DNA of 64,000 nt from an uncultured beta proteobacterium (GCA_903930255.1 CAIYYA010000036.1:6981-70980), one strand, 5' to 3'. Shown: positions 10,382 to 20,301, numbered from the stretch's first letter. The notes: generated by a model not told the origin, from the sequence alone. Made by a program: numbers and translations.

Positions 10382-10628
10382 TCTGTTCCCTTCTGTATAT
10401 TTGTTGATCAGCGGTCACTCGCGGACACCAGGCGAGTCGATAAAGGTGGCTCATGTTTGTTCCTTCAATGGGACGCTGGGTACTGGCAACGAGTCTCGCA
10501 ACAGTCAAAAAGCTTGTCTACCGTCGTTACGAAAGTGCTTGTCGAAAATACGCAATTGCTTGAAATATGTCTTGCGGGCGTGTTTGTCCGGGCAAGGTTT
10601 GACCCAAGGTTCGTTTTCGCGTCGGGTT

Positions 10629-11663
10629 TTAGCGCCCTTGTCGAGCAATGGTTTGCGAGGGCAGCTCACCAAATTGGCGCCGGTAGTAGCGCGCAAAGTC
10701 ACCCAGATTCGGGAAATATGCCACCGCCACGGAGGTGACCGATTCAGAGGTGTCGGCGTTTGCGAGTTTGGCGCGAATGGCATGCAGCTTCTGCACTGTC
10801 AGCCACTGCATGGGGCTACAAGCCAACTGCTTTTTAAATGCCAATTGCAGGCTGCGTGCGGATAGTCCACTAAATGCTTCAAGATCAGTCAGTGTCAGGC
10901 CAGTATCCAGATGTGCGCGCATGTAGTCGCAGAGCCTCGCAACCAGGCCTGTGCCGTCGGCGGTGGTACGAGGGCGCGCGGCCTGACTCAGAAATACTTC
11001 GGGCCGCAACATCATGACGATGTGGCGGAAGAGCATGTCCTGCACGCCCAACTGGCTCAACACCATGGCATCGCATTGATGCAGGTCGATAAGCGCGCCG
11101 ACATGCTTCAAGACGGTGGTGAAAGATTGTCCAGCCACCGTAAGCGGAGCGATTCGCGGGTTCTCCAGTTTCAGGTCAAGCGCTGCGTTGCGAGGCAGGC
11201 CGAGCATGGCGAGCGCGGTTTCTTCCAGCAACTGGGGTTCAAACTGAAGCAAGACATGATTGATCGAGTCACTCCTTCCCTTAAAAGGGCCACTATTCTG
11301 CGGAAGATAAAGGCTGCCCGGACCGGGGCCATAACGATACGGCCGACCATCCAACAAGTAGTTGATATCACCGGCTATGGGAATCATCAGCGTTGCGCCG
11401 ACGACCCCTGTCCGGTCAATAAAGGTCGGGGACATGGCAATCGCTGTCAGTTGCATCGACTCCAACTTCAAGGAATTGAACTTGCAGCTAAAGGCGTTTG
11501 GCGTTCTGATCGGATCGTAAGCGTTCACCCCGGGTCTGACCTGGTTCATGGTGTCCACTAAAACCTTGTGATTGGTCATCCTGGTGGCGTGGCGCTCGCC
11601 GAAAAGCAACGCGGGGGAGGTAGTGATCGAATCGGTTAGGCTCATTTTGTCCCAGGTTTTCAA
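10629..11663 (-). CDS. AraC family transcriptional regulator (paralog 1)
   Basis: C-terminal LSARSLQLAFKK...SPMQW...FARYYRRQFGELPSQT. Start may be 11663 or 11645. Confidence 0.9.
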   Translation of the reverse strand: MKTWDKMSLTDSITTSPALLFGERHATRMTNHKVLVDTMNQVRPGVNAYDPIRTPNAFSCKFNSLKLESMQLTAIAMSPTFIDRTGVVGATLMIPIAGDINYLLDGRPYRYGPGPGSLYLPQNSGPFKGRSDSINHVLLQFEPQLLEETALAMLGLPRNAALDLKLENPRIAPLTVAGQSFTTVLKHVGALIDLHQCDAMVLSQLGVQDMLFRHIVMMLRPEVFLSQAARPRTTADGTGLVARLCDYMRAHLDTGLTLTDLEAFSGLSARSLQLAFKKQLACSPMQWLTVQKLHAIRAKLANADTSESVTSVAVAYFPNLGDFARYYRRQFGELPSQTIARQGR

Positions 11664-12252
11664 CTACGACCCGTCTGAAAAGTCCATGTAACTAACAAGC
11701 CAAAGTGGTCAAGGTTTAATCTGACTATTTTATGCTCTGATCATTCCCTGGAATCTGACAGCGCATGATGTCCATCCCAGAAAGATATAGGTGCGCGCTA
11801 CATTAAGCTGGATCTACTTTGCAAGGCTCGGCGATTGGTCGTACCAGAATATCTGGCGGTCAAGACGGCCAAACCCGCAGGCGTGCTGCGAAAAATGGTT
11901 CTGCAAGAGAGCAATTTCGATTTTCGTCTTCATTCCTTGAGCAATGCTGCGCCCAACAGCGAGTTACTTCGGATCAGGCATCTTGTTTACGTGAGTTTGG
12001 GATTCGCCCATTCTGGCCATTCGCGATTGACTGTAACTGGTCAATGACCGGTGCCCACTTTGACAAGATGCTCGCCACATTGCCGCTGGTCGATCACCGA
12101 TTACAAACGTCCGCGATGGAGCAGGCAGATCGCAAATCTCTAATACCGCTTCCGCTGCGAACTTGACGCACGAAATTTCTCCGTGAACGGCAGCAATCTC
12201 CACCAAGCGGCTGTAGTCGTCGCTCAAAAGCGTGCACAGATTTCTTCGGCAG

Positions 12253-12549
12253 TCAAGCCGCCGTGTGCCTACTCACCCAGTCCCGCATCGTGTCATTCAC
12301 CCGTGTCTGCCAGCCTCGCCCAGTGGCACGTAACGCCGCCAGCACATCTGGATCCAAGCGTAACTTGACGGCCACCTTGGCATCCGCCTTGACACTGCCC
12401 ACTGGACGCCCACGACGTGCCATTATTTGCTCAGGCGTATGCACGGCAGCAAATTCGCCGCGACCAACAATCCGAGCCTGGCCCTTTATATCTCCGGGTG
12501 GTGGTGAGACCCGTTGTTGTCCCTTGATTGCAAAAATGATCCATTTCAC
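12253..12549 (-). CDS. BrnA-type antitoxin, probably 5'-disrupted and orphan
   Basis: RGRP...KVAVKLRLDPDVLAALRATGRGWQTRVN is the BrnA C-terminal signature; no BrnT gene adjacent. Confidence 0.75.
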   Translation of the reverse strand: MKWIIFAIKGQQRVSPPPGDIKGQARIVGRGEFAAVHTPEQIMARRGRPVGSVKADAKVAVKLRLDPDVLAALRATGRGWQTRVNDTMRDWVSRHTAA

Positions 12550-12581
12550 CTATTGAAAAGACAAACTCTTCGCCAACTCTT

Positions 12582-12956
12582 CTAGCCAATAGTTGCAACC
12601 ATTTCAATCTTGGGAGCGATGGACTGCACTACCTTTTGGAAACCGTGCCCTGGGTTGGACTGCCGACTTGAGACGATGAGTCCCATCTTCTCCAGCATGC
12701 CGACATCCTTCGTTACAGACGATCGGTTGCGATGCAAGCGGATAGTCAACTCCTTAATGGTTTTGGCCTCGCGCATCACCTCACTCATAAGTCGGCGCCG
12801 GGTTTCCGACAAAACCGTAAACATGTGCTGTGGGTCTTCGAATGACAGCGTCACCTTCTCTTCAAATTTTTGGGCTTGATCGGCTCTGCGAGCGGCATCT
12901 TTCGCGCGTGCGAAAAACTCGTCCAGGTCATCGGTGCGAATAACGACTTTGCTCAT
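12582..12956 (-). CDS. Winged-HTH protein, putative antitoxin partner of the DUF6516-like gene
   Basis: LSFED...LSETRRRLM...TIKELT..LHRNRSSVTKDVGMLEKMGL...NPGHG; 4 bp overlap with the upstream gene. Confidence 0.75.
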   Translation of the reverse strand: MSKVVIRTDDLDEFFARAKDAARRADQAQKFEEKVTLSFEDPQHMFTVLSETRRRLMSEVMREAKTIKELTIRLHRNRSSVTKDVGMLEKMGLIVSSRQSNPGHGFQKVVQSIAPKIEMVATIG

Positions 12957-13285
12957 GATTTCCCTCTGTGTGTTTTCTTAACAATTTCAAGCCACTCTTG
13001 CTGGAGTTTCTCTAAGGTTGATTCGTAGTTGGTGAATTCAACCGCCGTGACCTCGCCCATCCAATGTCGGTGGTGATAATCATGTGCGTTGTCAAACCCT
13101 AGCACTCTGCCATTGTCTACATGGCAAATTGAATGGTTGATGTAGGCCAGGTTGTAGCGGGTCACCACAGTCTTTTCTTTTTCCTGATAGCCCCAAACCT
13201 CGTAACTCAGCAAACCTCCACCCGACTTGTGTTTCAGTTCGAATCGCTCATGCTCAAGTATGATTTCTTTGGGTGGTTTGGCCAT
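12953..13285 (-). CDS. DUF6516-like putative toxin
   Basis: RYNLAYI...DNGRVLGFDNAHDYHHRH motif; ATG at 13285. Confidence 0.7.
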   Translation of the reverse strand: MAKPPKEIILEHERFELKHKSGGGLLSYEVWGYQEKEKTVVTRYNLAYINHSICHVDNGRVLGFDNAHDYHHRHWMGEVTAVEFTNYESTLEKLQQEWLEIVKKTHRGKS

Positions 13286-13418
13286 AAATTTTCCATACCA
13301 GATGTTCTGAAGGGTAGCACAGCTGCTGAATTTGTAGTGGCCTTTGCGATAGTGTCGATTCGAAGTCAGTGCACAAAATATATCTGTTGCAGACCGACAT
13401 AATCGCGCCATTCCCGCT

Positions 13419-13643
13419 TCCCCGAAGCAGCGCCAGCACACTTTCCGCCATTTTTGACTCTACCCCTGACTATGGCAATTGCCCATTCGACGCATTGTTA
13501 GATACCGCATCCTTCGCTGCCAACGCTGCCGGGTGAATTGGCAGCCGCACCAGAAAATAACTGTGGTCTTCATCAAATTCAAATTCATCTGGCGGTGAGT
13601 CATTGCGCTGCATCGCCAGCAATATTTTTGGGATGTCGGTGGC
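13419..13643 (-). pseudogene. Fragment of an ATP-binding 'RecG C-terminal/HATPase_c_4' regulator-type gene
   Basis: Manual translation ATDIPKILLAMQRNDSPPDEFEFDEDHSYFLVRLPIHP resembles the recalled family motif GIPKI..M..NGSP.PEF..DEDRSYF.VRLP.HP. In-frame TAG at 13470-13472, no start. Confidence 0.55.
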
Positions 13644-13681
13644 GATAGCGCCGGGTAGCTGATGACAAACTGGGTAGTGAT

Positions 13682-14128
13682 ATGGTGGCTAAGCGAGCCG
13701 TGTTGGAAGATATGCCACCCTGGCAAGGTGGCGGCAACATGATTGCCGATGCGGTGGGTTTGGGCGCAGCGATTGATTATGTGACGCGCATTGGCATGCA
13801 CAACATTGACCGCTATGAGCATGAGCTGCTGTGCTATGGGATGCAGCAATTGGCCACCATCCGCGGTGTGCGACTGGTGGGCACCGCCAAGGAAAAGGCC
13901 AGCGTGATGTCGTTTGTGCTGGCCGGCTACAGCACCGAGGAAGTGGGCAAAGCGCTCAATGAAGAGGGCATTGCCGTGCGAATCGGTCACCATTGCGCGC
14001 AACCCATTCTGCGACGTATGGGGCTGGAGACCACGGTGCGCCCATCGCTGGCGTTTTACAACACCTTTGATGAAGTCGATCGGTTGGTGGCGGTGGTGCG
14101 CTCGCTGGCTGCCCAGCGCTCGCACTGA
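13682..14128 (+). pseudogene. sufS: Cysteine desulfurase (SufS-like) C-terminal remnant
   Basis: MPPWQGGGNMIAD, GIAVRIGHHCAQP, TVRPSLAFYNT. The N-terminal part with the PLP lysine and the internal FEAGT segment are missing. Confidence 0.88.
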
Positions 14129-14180
14129 ATAAAAAGCACCGTATTCAGGCACAAGAAAACCCCTTTACCCACCGCTCCTC

Positions 14181-14228
14181 ATATCGTTTGGTGAATAAAC
14201 AAATAGAAAAAGAGTAGTTTGTGTTTTA
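14181..14228 (+). promoter_or_regulatory. Shared upstream motif of the sulfur operons, copy 2
   Basis: atatcgtTTGGTgaatAAACAAatagaaaaagAGTAGTTtgtGTTTT aligns with 6831-6876. Confidence 0.5.
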
Positions 14229-14287
14229 AGCAAGGTCTAACACAATGCAATTCGATTCAATTTTTGACATCAAACCCTTACTCCATC

Positions 14288-14845
14288 ATGGTCAGCATCA
14301 TCATCATTCCCGGTTGGCGCGATTCGCCTCCTGGTCACTGGCAAAGCCTCTGGGCTGACCAATTGCCGGGCGCGGTGCGGGTCCAGCAAGATGACTGGGT
14401 AGCTCCTTCGCGCAGTGCCTGGGTGGCCTCAATAGGTCGCACGGTGCTGGCACAAAACAAGCCGGTTGTGATTGCCGCACATAGCCTGGGCTGTATTGCC
14501 ACCACCCATTTGCCGCCAGAGATCAGCTCACGCATTGCTGGCGCACTGCTGGTGGCTCCTGCCGACCCCGAGCGCCGAGGTGTGCTGGCCGATTTTGCGC
14601 CCGTGCCTTACCAGCGTCTGCCCTATCACAGCATGGTGGTAGCCAGCAATACTGACCCTTATTGCCCGGTACGCACGGCGGGCGCCTATGCCCGTGCCTG
14701 GGGCAGCGAATTTGTGCGCTTGCAAGACGCAGGGCACATCAACCTGGAAGCTGGCTTTGGCCCATGGCCCTTGGGTCTGGCACTGCTGCAATCACTGATT
14801 GCCGAAGCGCACAAGCTGCAAGCACCTGAACTGGCCGAAATCTGA
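14288..14845 (+). CDS. Alpha/beta hydrolase, RBBP9/YdeN family
   Basis: IIPGW..S...HWQ, AHSLG nucleophile elbow, ASNTDPY, AGHIN. Confidence 0.9.
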   Translation: MVSIIIIPGWRDSPPGHWQSLWADQLPGAVRVQQDDWVAPSRSAWVASIGRTVLAQNKPVVIAAHSLGCIATTHLPPEISSRIAGALLVAPADPERRGVLADFAPVPYQRLPYHSMVVASNTDPYCPVRTAGAYARAWGSEFVRLQDAGHINLEAGFGPWPLGLALLQSLIAEAHKLQAPELAEI

Positions 14846-14900
14846 AACAGCCCAACGTGGCCACCCTACTTTTTAACCTTGGCAACCCGAAAGTGACACC

Positions 14901-15899
14901 ATGAAATTTAGACGAAATATATCGCTAGCGCTTGCTGGCATTGCGCTGACAGCTTCTCAATTTGTAGCAGCGAAAACCCTGCTGAATGCCTCGTACGATG
15001 TGTCACGCGAGTTTTACAAAGACTACAACGCGGCTTTCGTCGCCAACTACAAAAAGACCAGCGGCAAAGAAGTCAAGATCGACCAGTCGCACGGTGGCTC
15101 CAGTGCCCAGGCGCGCGCCGTCAACGACGGATTGGATGCTGATGTGGTCACCATGAACACCACCACCGACGTGGAGTTTCTGGCCAAAAGCGGGATTGTT
15201 GCGGCTGATTGGGCCAAACGTTTCCCCAACAATGCTGCCCCCACCACGTCCACCATGCTGTTTTTGACCCGCAACGGCAACCCCAAAGGCATCAAGGATT
15301 GGGCCGACCTGATTCGACCGGACGTCAAAGTGATTGTGGTCAACCCGAAAACCGGTGGCAACGGTCGCATGGCTTATCTGGCGGCCTGGGGTTATGTGCG
15401 CAGCACCGGTGGTACGGATGCGCAAGCGGCAGAATTTGTCACCAAGCTGTTTAAAAACGTGCCGGTGCTGGCCAAAGGCGGGCGCGATGCCACCACCATC
15501 TTTTTGCAGCGCAACATTGGCGATGCGTTGATCACGTTCGAGTCTGAAGTGGTGTCAGTGGACCGTGAATTTGGCGCTGGCAAGGTCGATGCCGTGCACC
15601 CGTCGGTCAGCATCATCGCGGAAAACCCGGTTGCTGTGGTTGAACGCACAGTGGCAAAAAAAGGCACAGCGGATCTGGCCAAAGCCTATTTGAACTACCT
15701 CTACTCCGACGAAGCACAAGAGCTTGCAGCCAAACACGGCATTCGCCCGCACAACCCCAAGATATTGGCCAAATACGCCAGCACCTTCAAACCCTTGAAG
15801 TTGTTCGCCGTGAGCGAGTACTTTGGCTCCTTCAGCGAAGCACAAAAAGTGCATTTCAACGATGGCGGCCAGTTCGACAAAATCTACACGGTGAAGTAA
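14901..15899 (+). CDS. cysP: Sulfate/thiosulfate ABC transporter substrate-binding protein (second paralog)
   Basis: LLNASYDVSREFY, QSHGGSSAQARAV, NPKTGGNGR. Confidence 0.88.
   Translation: MKFRRNISLALAGIALTASQFVAAKTLLNASYDVSREFYKDYNAAFVANYKKTSGKEVKIDQSHGGSSAQARAVNDGLDADVVTMNTTTDVEFLAKSGIVAADWAKRFPNNAAPTTSTMLFLTRNGNPKGIKDWADLIRPDVKVIVVNPKTGGNGRMAYLAAWGYVRSTGGTDAQAAEFVTKLFKNVPVLAKGGRDATTIFLQRNIGDALITFESEVVSVDREFGAGKVDAVHPSVSIIAENPVAVVERTVAKKGTADLAKAYLNYLYSDEAQELAAKHGIRPHNPKILAKYASTFKPLKLFAVSEYFGSFSEAQKVHFNDGGQFDKIYTVK
14906..14969 (-). repeat. Family A element in-frame in a signal-peptide coding region
   Basis: Reverse complement gctac aaattga gaagc tgtcagcgc aatgccagc aagcgctag matches the consensus spacing exactly. 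Confidence 0.65.
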
Positions 15900-15923
15900 T
15901 TCAACTGGCTCTGTGCTGACTCA

Positions 15924-16808
15924 ATGACAACTACTTTAAGCATTTCACCCAGCATGGCGGGGGCTGGCCCAGTGGGCAATCGCCCGGCGCGGCGCGTGCT
16001 GCCAGGCTTTCACCTGACCCTGGGCTACACGCTGTTTTACCTGGCGCTGATTGTGCTGATCCCGCTGTCAGCCCTGCTGTTCAAAACTTTCACCATGACA
16101 TGGGTCGAGTTCTGGGCTGCCGTGGCCAGCCCGCGTGTACTGGCCTCGTACCGGCTGACCTTTGGTGCGTCGTTTCTTGCCGCCATGGTCAATGTATTTG
16201 CCGGTTTGCTGCTCGCCTGGGTGCTGGTGCGCTACCACTTTCCTGGCAAAAAAATCGTTGACGCTTTGGTCGATTTACCCTTCGCACTACCTACAGCAGT
16301 GGCTGGCATCTCTCTTACTGCATTGCTGGCGGGTAATGGCTGGATCGGCCAATACTTGGAGCCGCATGGCATTCAGCTGGCCTTCAACCCAAATGGCATT
16401 GTGATTGCGCTGATCTTTATTGGCCTGCCGTTTGTCGTGCGCACCGTGCAACCGGTGCTGGAAGACGCTGAAAAAGAACTTGAAGAAGCCGCCACCTGCC
16501 TGGGCGCGAGCCGCTGGCAGACTTTTCGTTTTGTGATTTTTCCCAGCATCGCACCTGCTTTGCTGACCGGTTTTGCCATGGCTTTTGCGCGCGCCATCGG
16601 TGAATACGGATCCGTCATCTTCATCGCCGGCAACATGCCCATGATTTCTGAAATCACCCCGCTCATCATCATCGGCAAACTCGAACAATACGATTACGCC
16701 GGTGCCACTGCCGTGGCCACGGTGATGTTGGGCATCTCGTTCGTGCTGCTGCTGGTCATCAACGCACTGCAAAGCTGGCAGCGCCGCCGCTCAGGAGGCC
16801 AATCGTGA
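15924..16808 (+). CDS. cysT: Sulfate ABC transporter permease CysT
   Basis: [32 protein letters not shown]. Confidence 0.95.
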   Translation: MTTTLSISPSMAGAGPVGNRPARRVLPGFHLTLGYTLFYLALIVLIPLSALLFKTFTMTWVEFWAAVASPRVLASYRLTFGASFLAAMVNVFAGLLLAWVLVRYHFPGKKIVDALVDLPFALPTAVAGISLTALLAGNGWIGQYLEPHGIQLAFNPNGIVIALIFIGLPFVVRTVQPVLEDAEKELEEAATCLGASRWQTFRFVIFPSIAPALLTGFAMAFARAIGEYGSVIFIAGNMPMISEITPLIIIGKLEQYDYAGATAVATVMLGISFVLLLVINALQSWQRRRSGGQS

Positions 16809-17698
16809 GCCAAACCCGTACCCTCGGCCACGCCAAGGCCGGCACCAGCGAGCCCACCTGGGTGCGCTGGTCATTGATTGGTCTGGCCATGGGCTTTGTT
16901 TTTCTGTTCTTGCTGCTGCCACTGGCCGCGGTCTTTACCGAAGCCTTGCGCAAGGGTTTGCCTGCAGCGCTGGAAGCACTGCAAGAGCCTGATGCCTGGA
17001 GCGCGATTCGCCTGACCCTGATCACCGCAGCGGTGGCCGTGCCACTGAACCTGGTGTTTGGCGTAGCGGCCGCCTGGGCCGTCGCCAAGTTCGAGTTCAA
17101 GGGCAAAGCATTTTTAACCACGCTGATCGACCTGCCATTTTCTGTTTCACCCGTGGTGGCGGGGCTGATCTATGTGCTGATGTTTGGTGCCCAGGGCTGG
17201 ATCGGCCCCTGGCTGGCCGCCAACGACATCAAAATTGTCTTTGCCGTGCCAGGCATCATTTTGGCAACCGTGTTTGTTACCTTTCCGTTCATCGCCCGTG
17301 AGTTGATACCGCTGATGCAAGCACAGGGCACCGACGAAGAGCAGGCCGCGCAGGTGCTGGGCGCCAGTGGCTGGCAGACCTTTTGGTATGTGACGCTTCC
17401 CAACATCAAATGGGGGCTGGTGTATGGGGTGATTCTCTGCAACGCGCGTGCGATGGGTGAGTTTGGTGCTGTTTCGGTCGTGTCAGGTCACATCCGCGGC
17501 CAGACCAACACCTTGCCCCTGCATGTGGAAATTCTCTATAACGAATACCAGTCTGTAGCTGCTTTTGCCGTCGCTTCTCTTCTGGCATTGCTTGCGCTGC
17601 TCACTTTATTGATAAAACAGGCGGTGGAGTGGCGGTTTGAGCGCGATCAAAAGGCCGCCGCTGAGCTGCCGCCCGAGCGCCCCACCCGAGCCACCTGA
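16805..17698 (+). CDS. cysW: Sulfate ABC transporter permease CysW
   Basis: [32 protein letters not shown]. Confidence 0.95.
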   Translation: MSQTRTLGHAKAGTSEPTWVRWSLIGLAMGFVFLFLLLPLAAVFTEALRKGLPAALEALQEPDAWSAIRLTLITAAVAVPLNLVFGVAAAWAVAKFEFKGKAFLTTLIDLPFSVSPVVAGLIYVLMFGAQGWIGPWLAANDIKIVFAVPGIILATVFVTFPFIARELIPLMQAQGTDEEQAAQVLGASGWQTFWYVTLPNIKWGLVYGVILCNARAMGEFGAVSVVSGHIRGQTNTLPLHVEILYNEYQSVAAFAVASLLALLALLTLLIKQAVEWRFERDQKAAAELPPERPTRAT

Positions 17699-17717
17699 TT
17701 GACATCGATACACCCCC

Positions 17718-17792
17718 ACCGTTCGCCTTGTGCTAGGCCGGTCGTGAGCTTGTCGAACGATCGAAAGGCTTCGACAAGCTCAGCCCGAACGG
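17718..17792. repeat. REP-like family B palindrome with a nested extra arm
   Basis: ccgttcg...gagcttgtcgaa...ttcgacaagctcagcccgaacgg between cysW and cysA. Confidence 0.8.
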
Positions 17793-17807
17793 ATATGAAA
17801 GAAACCT

Positions 17808-18911
17808 ATGAGCATCGAAATACGTAACGTCAACAAAGCCTTCGGCACCTTTCAAGCACTGCGTGACGTGAGTCTTGACATCGAATCTGGCGAGCTGGTG
17901 GCACTGCTGGGGCCTTCGGGCTGTGGCAAAACGACCCTGCTGCGCATCATCGCCGGGCTCGAAACAGCCGACCAAGGGCACATTTTGTTCAATGGTGCGG
18001 ATACCACCGACAAACATGTGCGCGAACGCAATGTGGGTTTTGTGTTTCAGCATTACGCGCTGTTTCGTCACATGAGCGTATTTGACAATGTCGCCTTTGG
18101 TCTGCGCATGAAATCCAAGGCGACACGGCCAGGTGAGTCGACGATCAAACAAAAAGTGCACGACCTGCTGGGCTTGGTGCAACTGGACTGGTTGGCAGAC
18201 CGATACCCGTCACAACTCTCAGGCGGGCAGCGTCAGCGCATTGCACTGGCGCGAGCGCTGGCTGTGGAGCCACAGGTGCTGCTGCTCGATGAACCATTTG
18301 GCGCCCTCGATGCCAAGGTGCGCAAGGAACTGCGCCGCTGGCTGCGCCGCCTGCACGACGATTTGCATGTAACCAGCATTTTTGTCACCCACGATCAGGA
18401 AGAAGCGCTGGAGGTCGCCGACCGGGTGGTGTTGATGAACAGCGGAAAAGTTGAGCAAATTGGCTCACCACAAGACGTGTGGGACCACCCCGCCAGCCCC
18501 TTTGTGTATGGTTTTTTGGGTGATGTGAATCTGTTTCATGGCCGCGCGCACGAGGGTGAGATGCTCATCGGCGAAGACCAGCAAGGTCTGCGTCTGACCA
18601 CACCCGAACACAGTGAAGTACAAGACAGCAAAGCCTATGCCTATGTGCGCCCGCATGATCTGAATGTGCAGCGTTACCAGACCGGGCTGGGCGCAGCCGC
18701 ACAACCCCGCGGGATCGTTGCCAAACTGACCCGCGCCATGGTGGTCGGCCCCATCGCCCGGCTCGAATTGTTGCCGCTGGATGCCACTGCAGCAGGCAGT
18801 GGCGACATCATCGAGGCACAAATTCCGGCTCAGCACTTCCGCGATGAAGCCTTCAAAGAAGGTGAAACCCTGGTACTGACGCCGCGACGGGCGCGGGTTT
18901 TTGTGGCTTGA
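17808..18911 (+). CDS. cysA: Sulfate ABC transporter ATP-binding protein CysA
   Basis: [28 protein letters not shown]-terminal TOBE-like domain. Confidence 0.95.
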   Translation: MSIEIRNVNKAFGTFQALRDVSLDIESGELVALLGPSGCGKTTLLRIIAGLETADQGHILFNGADTTDKHVRERNVGFVFQHYALFRHMSVFDNVAFGLRMKSKATRPGESTIKQKVHDLLGLVQLDWLADRYPSQLSGGQRQRIALARALAVEPQVLLLDEPFGALDAKVRKELRRWLRRLHDDLHVTSIFVTHDQEEALEVADRVVLMNSGKVEQIGSPQDVWDHPASPFVYGFLGDVNLFHGRAHEGEMLIGEDQQGLRLTTPEHSEVQDSKAYAYVRPHDLNVQRYQTGLGAAAQPRGIVAKLTRAMVVGPIARLELLPLDATAAGSGDIIEAQIPAQHFRDEAFKEGETLVLTPRRARVFVA

Positions 18912-19119
18912 AATCCAATAAAGTCTCGCCCTCCGGCTGGATGGAGAGATTCAATCGCTTCCCGGCGCGACCAAGTTTGGGGTGTTCGGTCAGATGGCTG
19001 GCCGATTCGCTGAAAAGCGCATCCCTCACACCAATCTTGCCTAGCTAATCCAAAATACGAAGACTTAACTTCATTGCGACTAAACTGGCAAAGTCTGCCA
19101 TCAAACTCGAGGCTCAATT

Positions 19120-19398
19120 ATGTCGCTGAATATTTCTTTGCCACCGGAACTTGAAAGCCGCGTGCGTTCACATGTTGCATCTGGCATGTTCACTTCTGCT
19201 AGTGAGGTTATTCGCGAGGCACTGCGGTTGTTTGAGTCCTATCACAGCGTGCAAGGGGCAACATTGGCAGCCTTGAAAGCCGATATTGCGCGTGGCTTGG
19301 ACGACCAAGCCACAGCAAGAACATCCGTACTCGACATGGCATCCATCAAAGCAGAGGGACGCAAGGTTTTGGCTGCACAGATACAAGTCGGCAAATGA
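19120..19398 (+). CDS. parD: ParD-family antitoxin
   Basis: NISLPPELE...VASG.F.SASEVIREALR ribbon-helix-helix motif. Confidence 0.88.
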   Translation: MSLNISLPPELESRVRSHVASGMFTSASEVIREALRLFESYHSVQGATLAALKADIARGLDDQATARTSVLDMASIKAEGRKVLAAQIQVGK

Positions 19399-19688
19399 AT
19401 CGTCTGGTTTTTACCGAAAGTGCGCGACGGGATTTGCTGGAAGCCTGGCTTTATATTGCCGAAGTCAACCTGACAGCAGCCGATGGCGTACTCGACAAAA
19501 TTGACAGTGAATCCCAGGCACTCATCTACCAACCCTTGATGGGGCGGGCACGACCCGAACTCGGGCCAGGAGTCAGAAGCTGGCCCACTACGACGCGTTA
19601 CATATTGTTTTATACACACGACAAAGATGAAGTGACCGTGCTGCGAGTTTTGCACCACGCACGAGACATTCGGCAAGTTTTGTTTTAA
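19395..19688 (+). CDS. parE: ParE/RelE-family toxin
   Basis: ARRDL...YIA...PLMGRARPEL...YILFY...VLRVLH; 4 bp overlap with parD. Confidence 0.9.
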   Translation: MNRLVFTESARRDLLEAWLYIAEVNLTAADGVLDKIDSESQALIYQPLMGRARPELGPGVRSWPTTTRYILFYTHDKDEVTVLRVLHHARDIRQVLF

Positions 19689-19690
19689 CG

Positions 19691-19754
19691 TGAAACACCG
19701 TTCGTGGTGAGCTTGTCGAACCACCCTTCGACAGGCTCAGGGCGAACGGTTTCA
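19691..19754. repeat. REP-like family B palindrome (complete pair)
   Basis: tgaaacaccgttcgtggtgagcttgtcgaa / ttcgacaggctcagggcgaacggtttca. Confidence 0.85.
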
Positions 19755-19824
19755 TGAATCGGGGTGTCGTGAAAATACATGGCAGTTAGAAGGCCTCTGC
19801 GAGTTTCGCACGGGTGTTTTTGGA

Positions 19825-20301
19825 TTAGCGCGTCAGGTCAAGCCCCAGATACATGGCACCCTCGACCGGATTAAATACATAGGCCGGAATCGACTGAAAA
19901 CCCATCGCTGCATAGATATGCAAAGCGGCTTTCATGGAGGGCAAGGTATCCAGGCAGATTTTCTGGTAGCCAACGGTTTTCGCTCGCGCGCAAATCGCGG
20001 TGGCCAACTGCGCTCCAAGACCTAGTCCTCGCCTCTGCGGGCGGACATACCGGCGCTTCATTTCGCCAGCAGATCCCCCAGCCGAGCGCAGCGCCACACA
20101 GCCAAGCGCCTGACCCTCAGACCAGGCGAGCAATACACACCCAAAAGGTGCTGCATATTTTCCTGGCAGGCTCTCCAGTTCAGACTCGAAATTTTGGAAA
20201 CACAGATCAACACCCAGGTTATGGGCATATTCACGAAAAATGTCACGAACAATTTCAAGTTGCTCCGGAAACCTGGCCTGAATGATTTCGACTATTGGCA
20301 T
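19825..20301 (-). CDS. GNAT family N-acetyltransferase
   Basis: DLCFQNFE.EL..LPGKY, RGLGLG acetyl-CoA motif, LDTLPSM. Confidence 0.9.
   Translation of the reverse strand: MPIVEIIQARFPEQLEIVRDIFREYAHNLGVDLCFQNFESELESLPGKYAAPFGCVLLAWSEGQALGCVALRSAGGSAGEMKRRYVRPQRRGLGLGAQLATAICARAKTVGYQKICLDTLPSMKAALHIYAAMGFQSIPAYVFNPVEGAMYLGLDLTR

Noticed and set aside
10023-10865. 280 aa plus-strand ORF
   Set aside because: Antisense to the receiver and AraC genes; atypical composition.
11819-12227. Short ORFs in three frames
   Set aside because: No recognisable family or RBS; possibly decayed DNA, but I cannot support a call.
13460-14152. 230 aa minus-strand ORF
   Set aside because: Antisense of the sufS remnant joined to an off-frame reading of another fragment.
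16285-17630. A/T-ending codon patches in cysT (~16290-16325) and cysW (~17575-17620) resembling family A
   Set aside because: Match to the consensus is too weak and the residues are conserved permease motifs; not counted.
20040-20065. GNAT motif reads EMKRRYV instead of the usual EMKRLYV
   Set aside because: A single substitution in an otherwise intact ORF is not enough to call a pseudogene.
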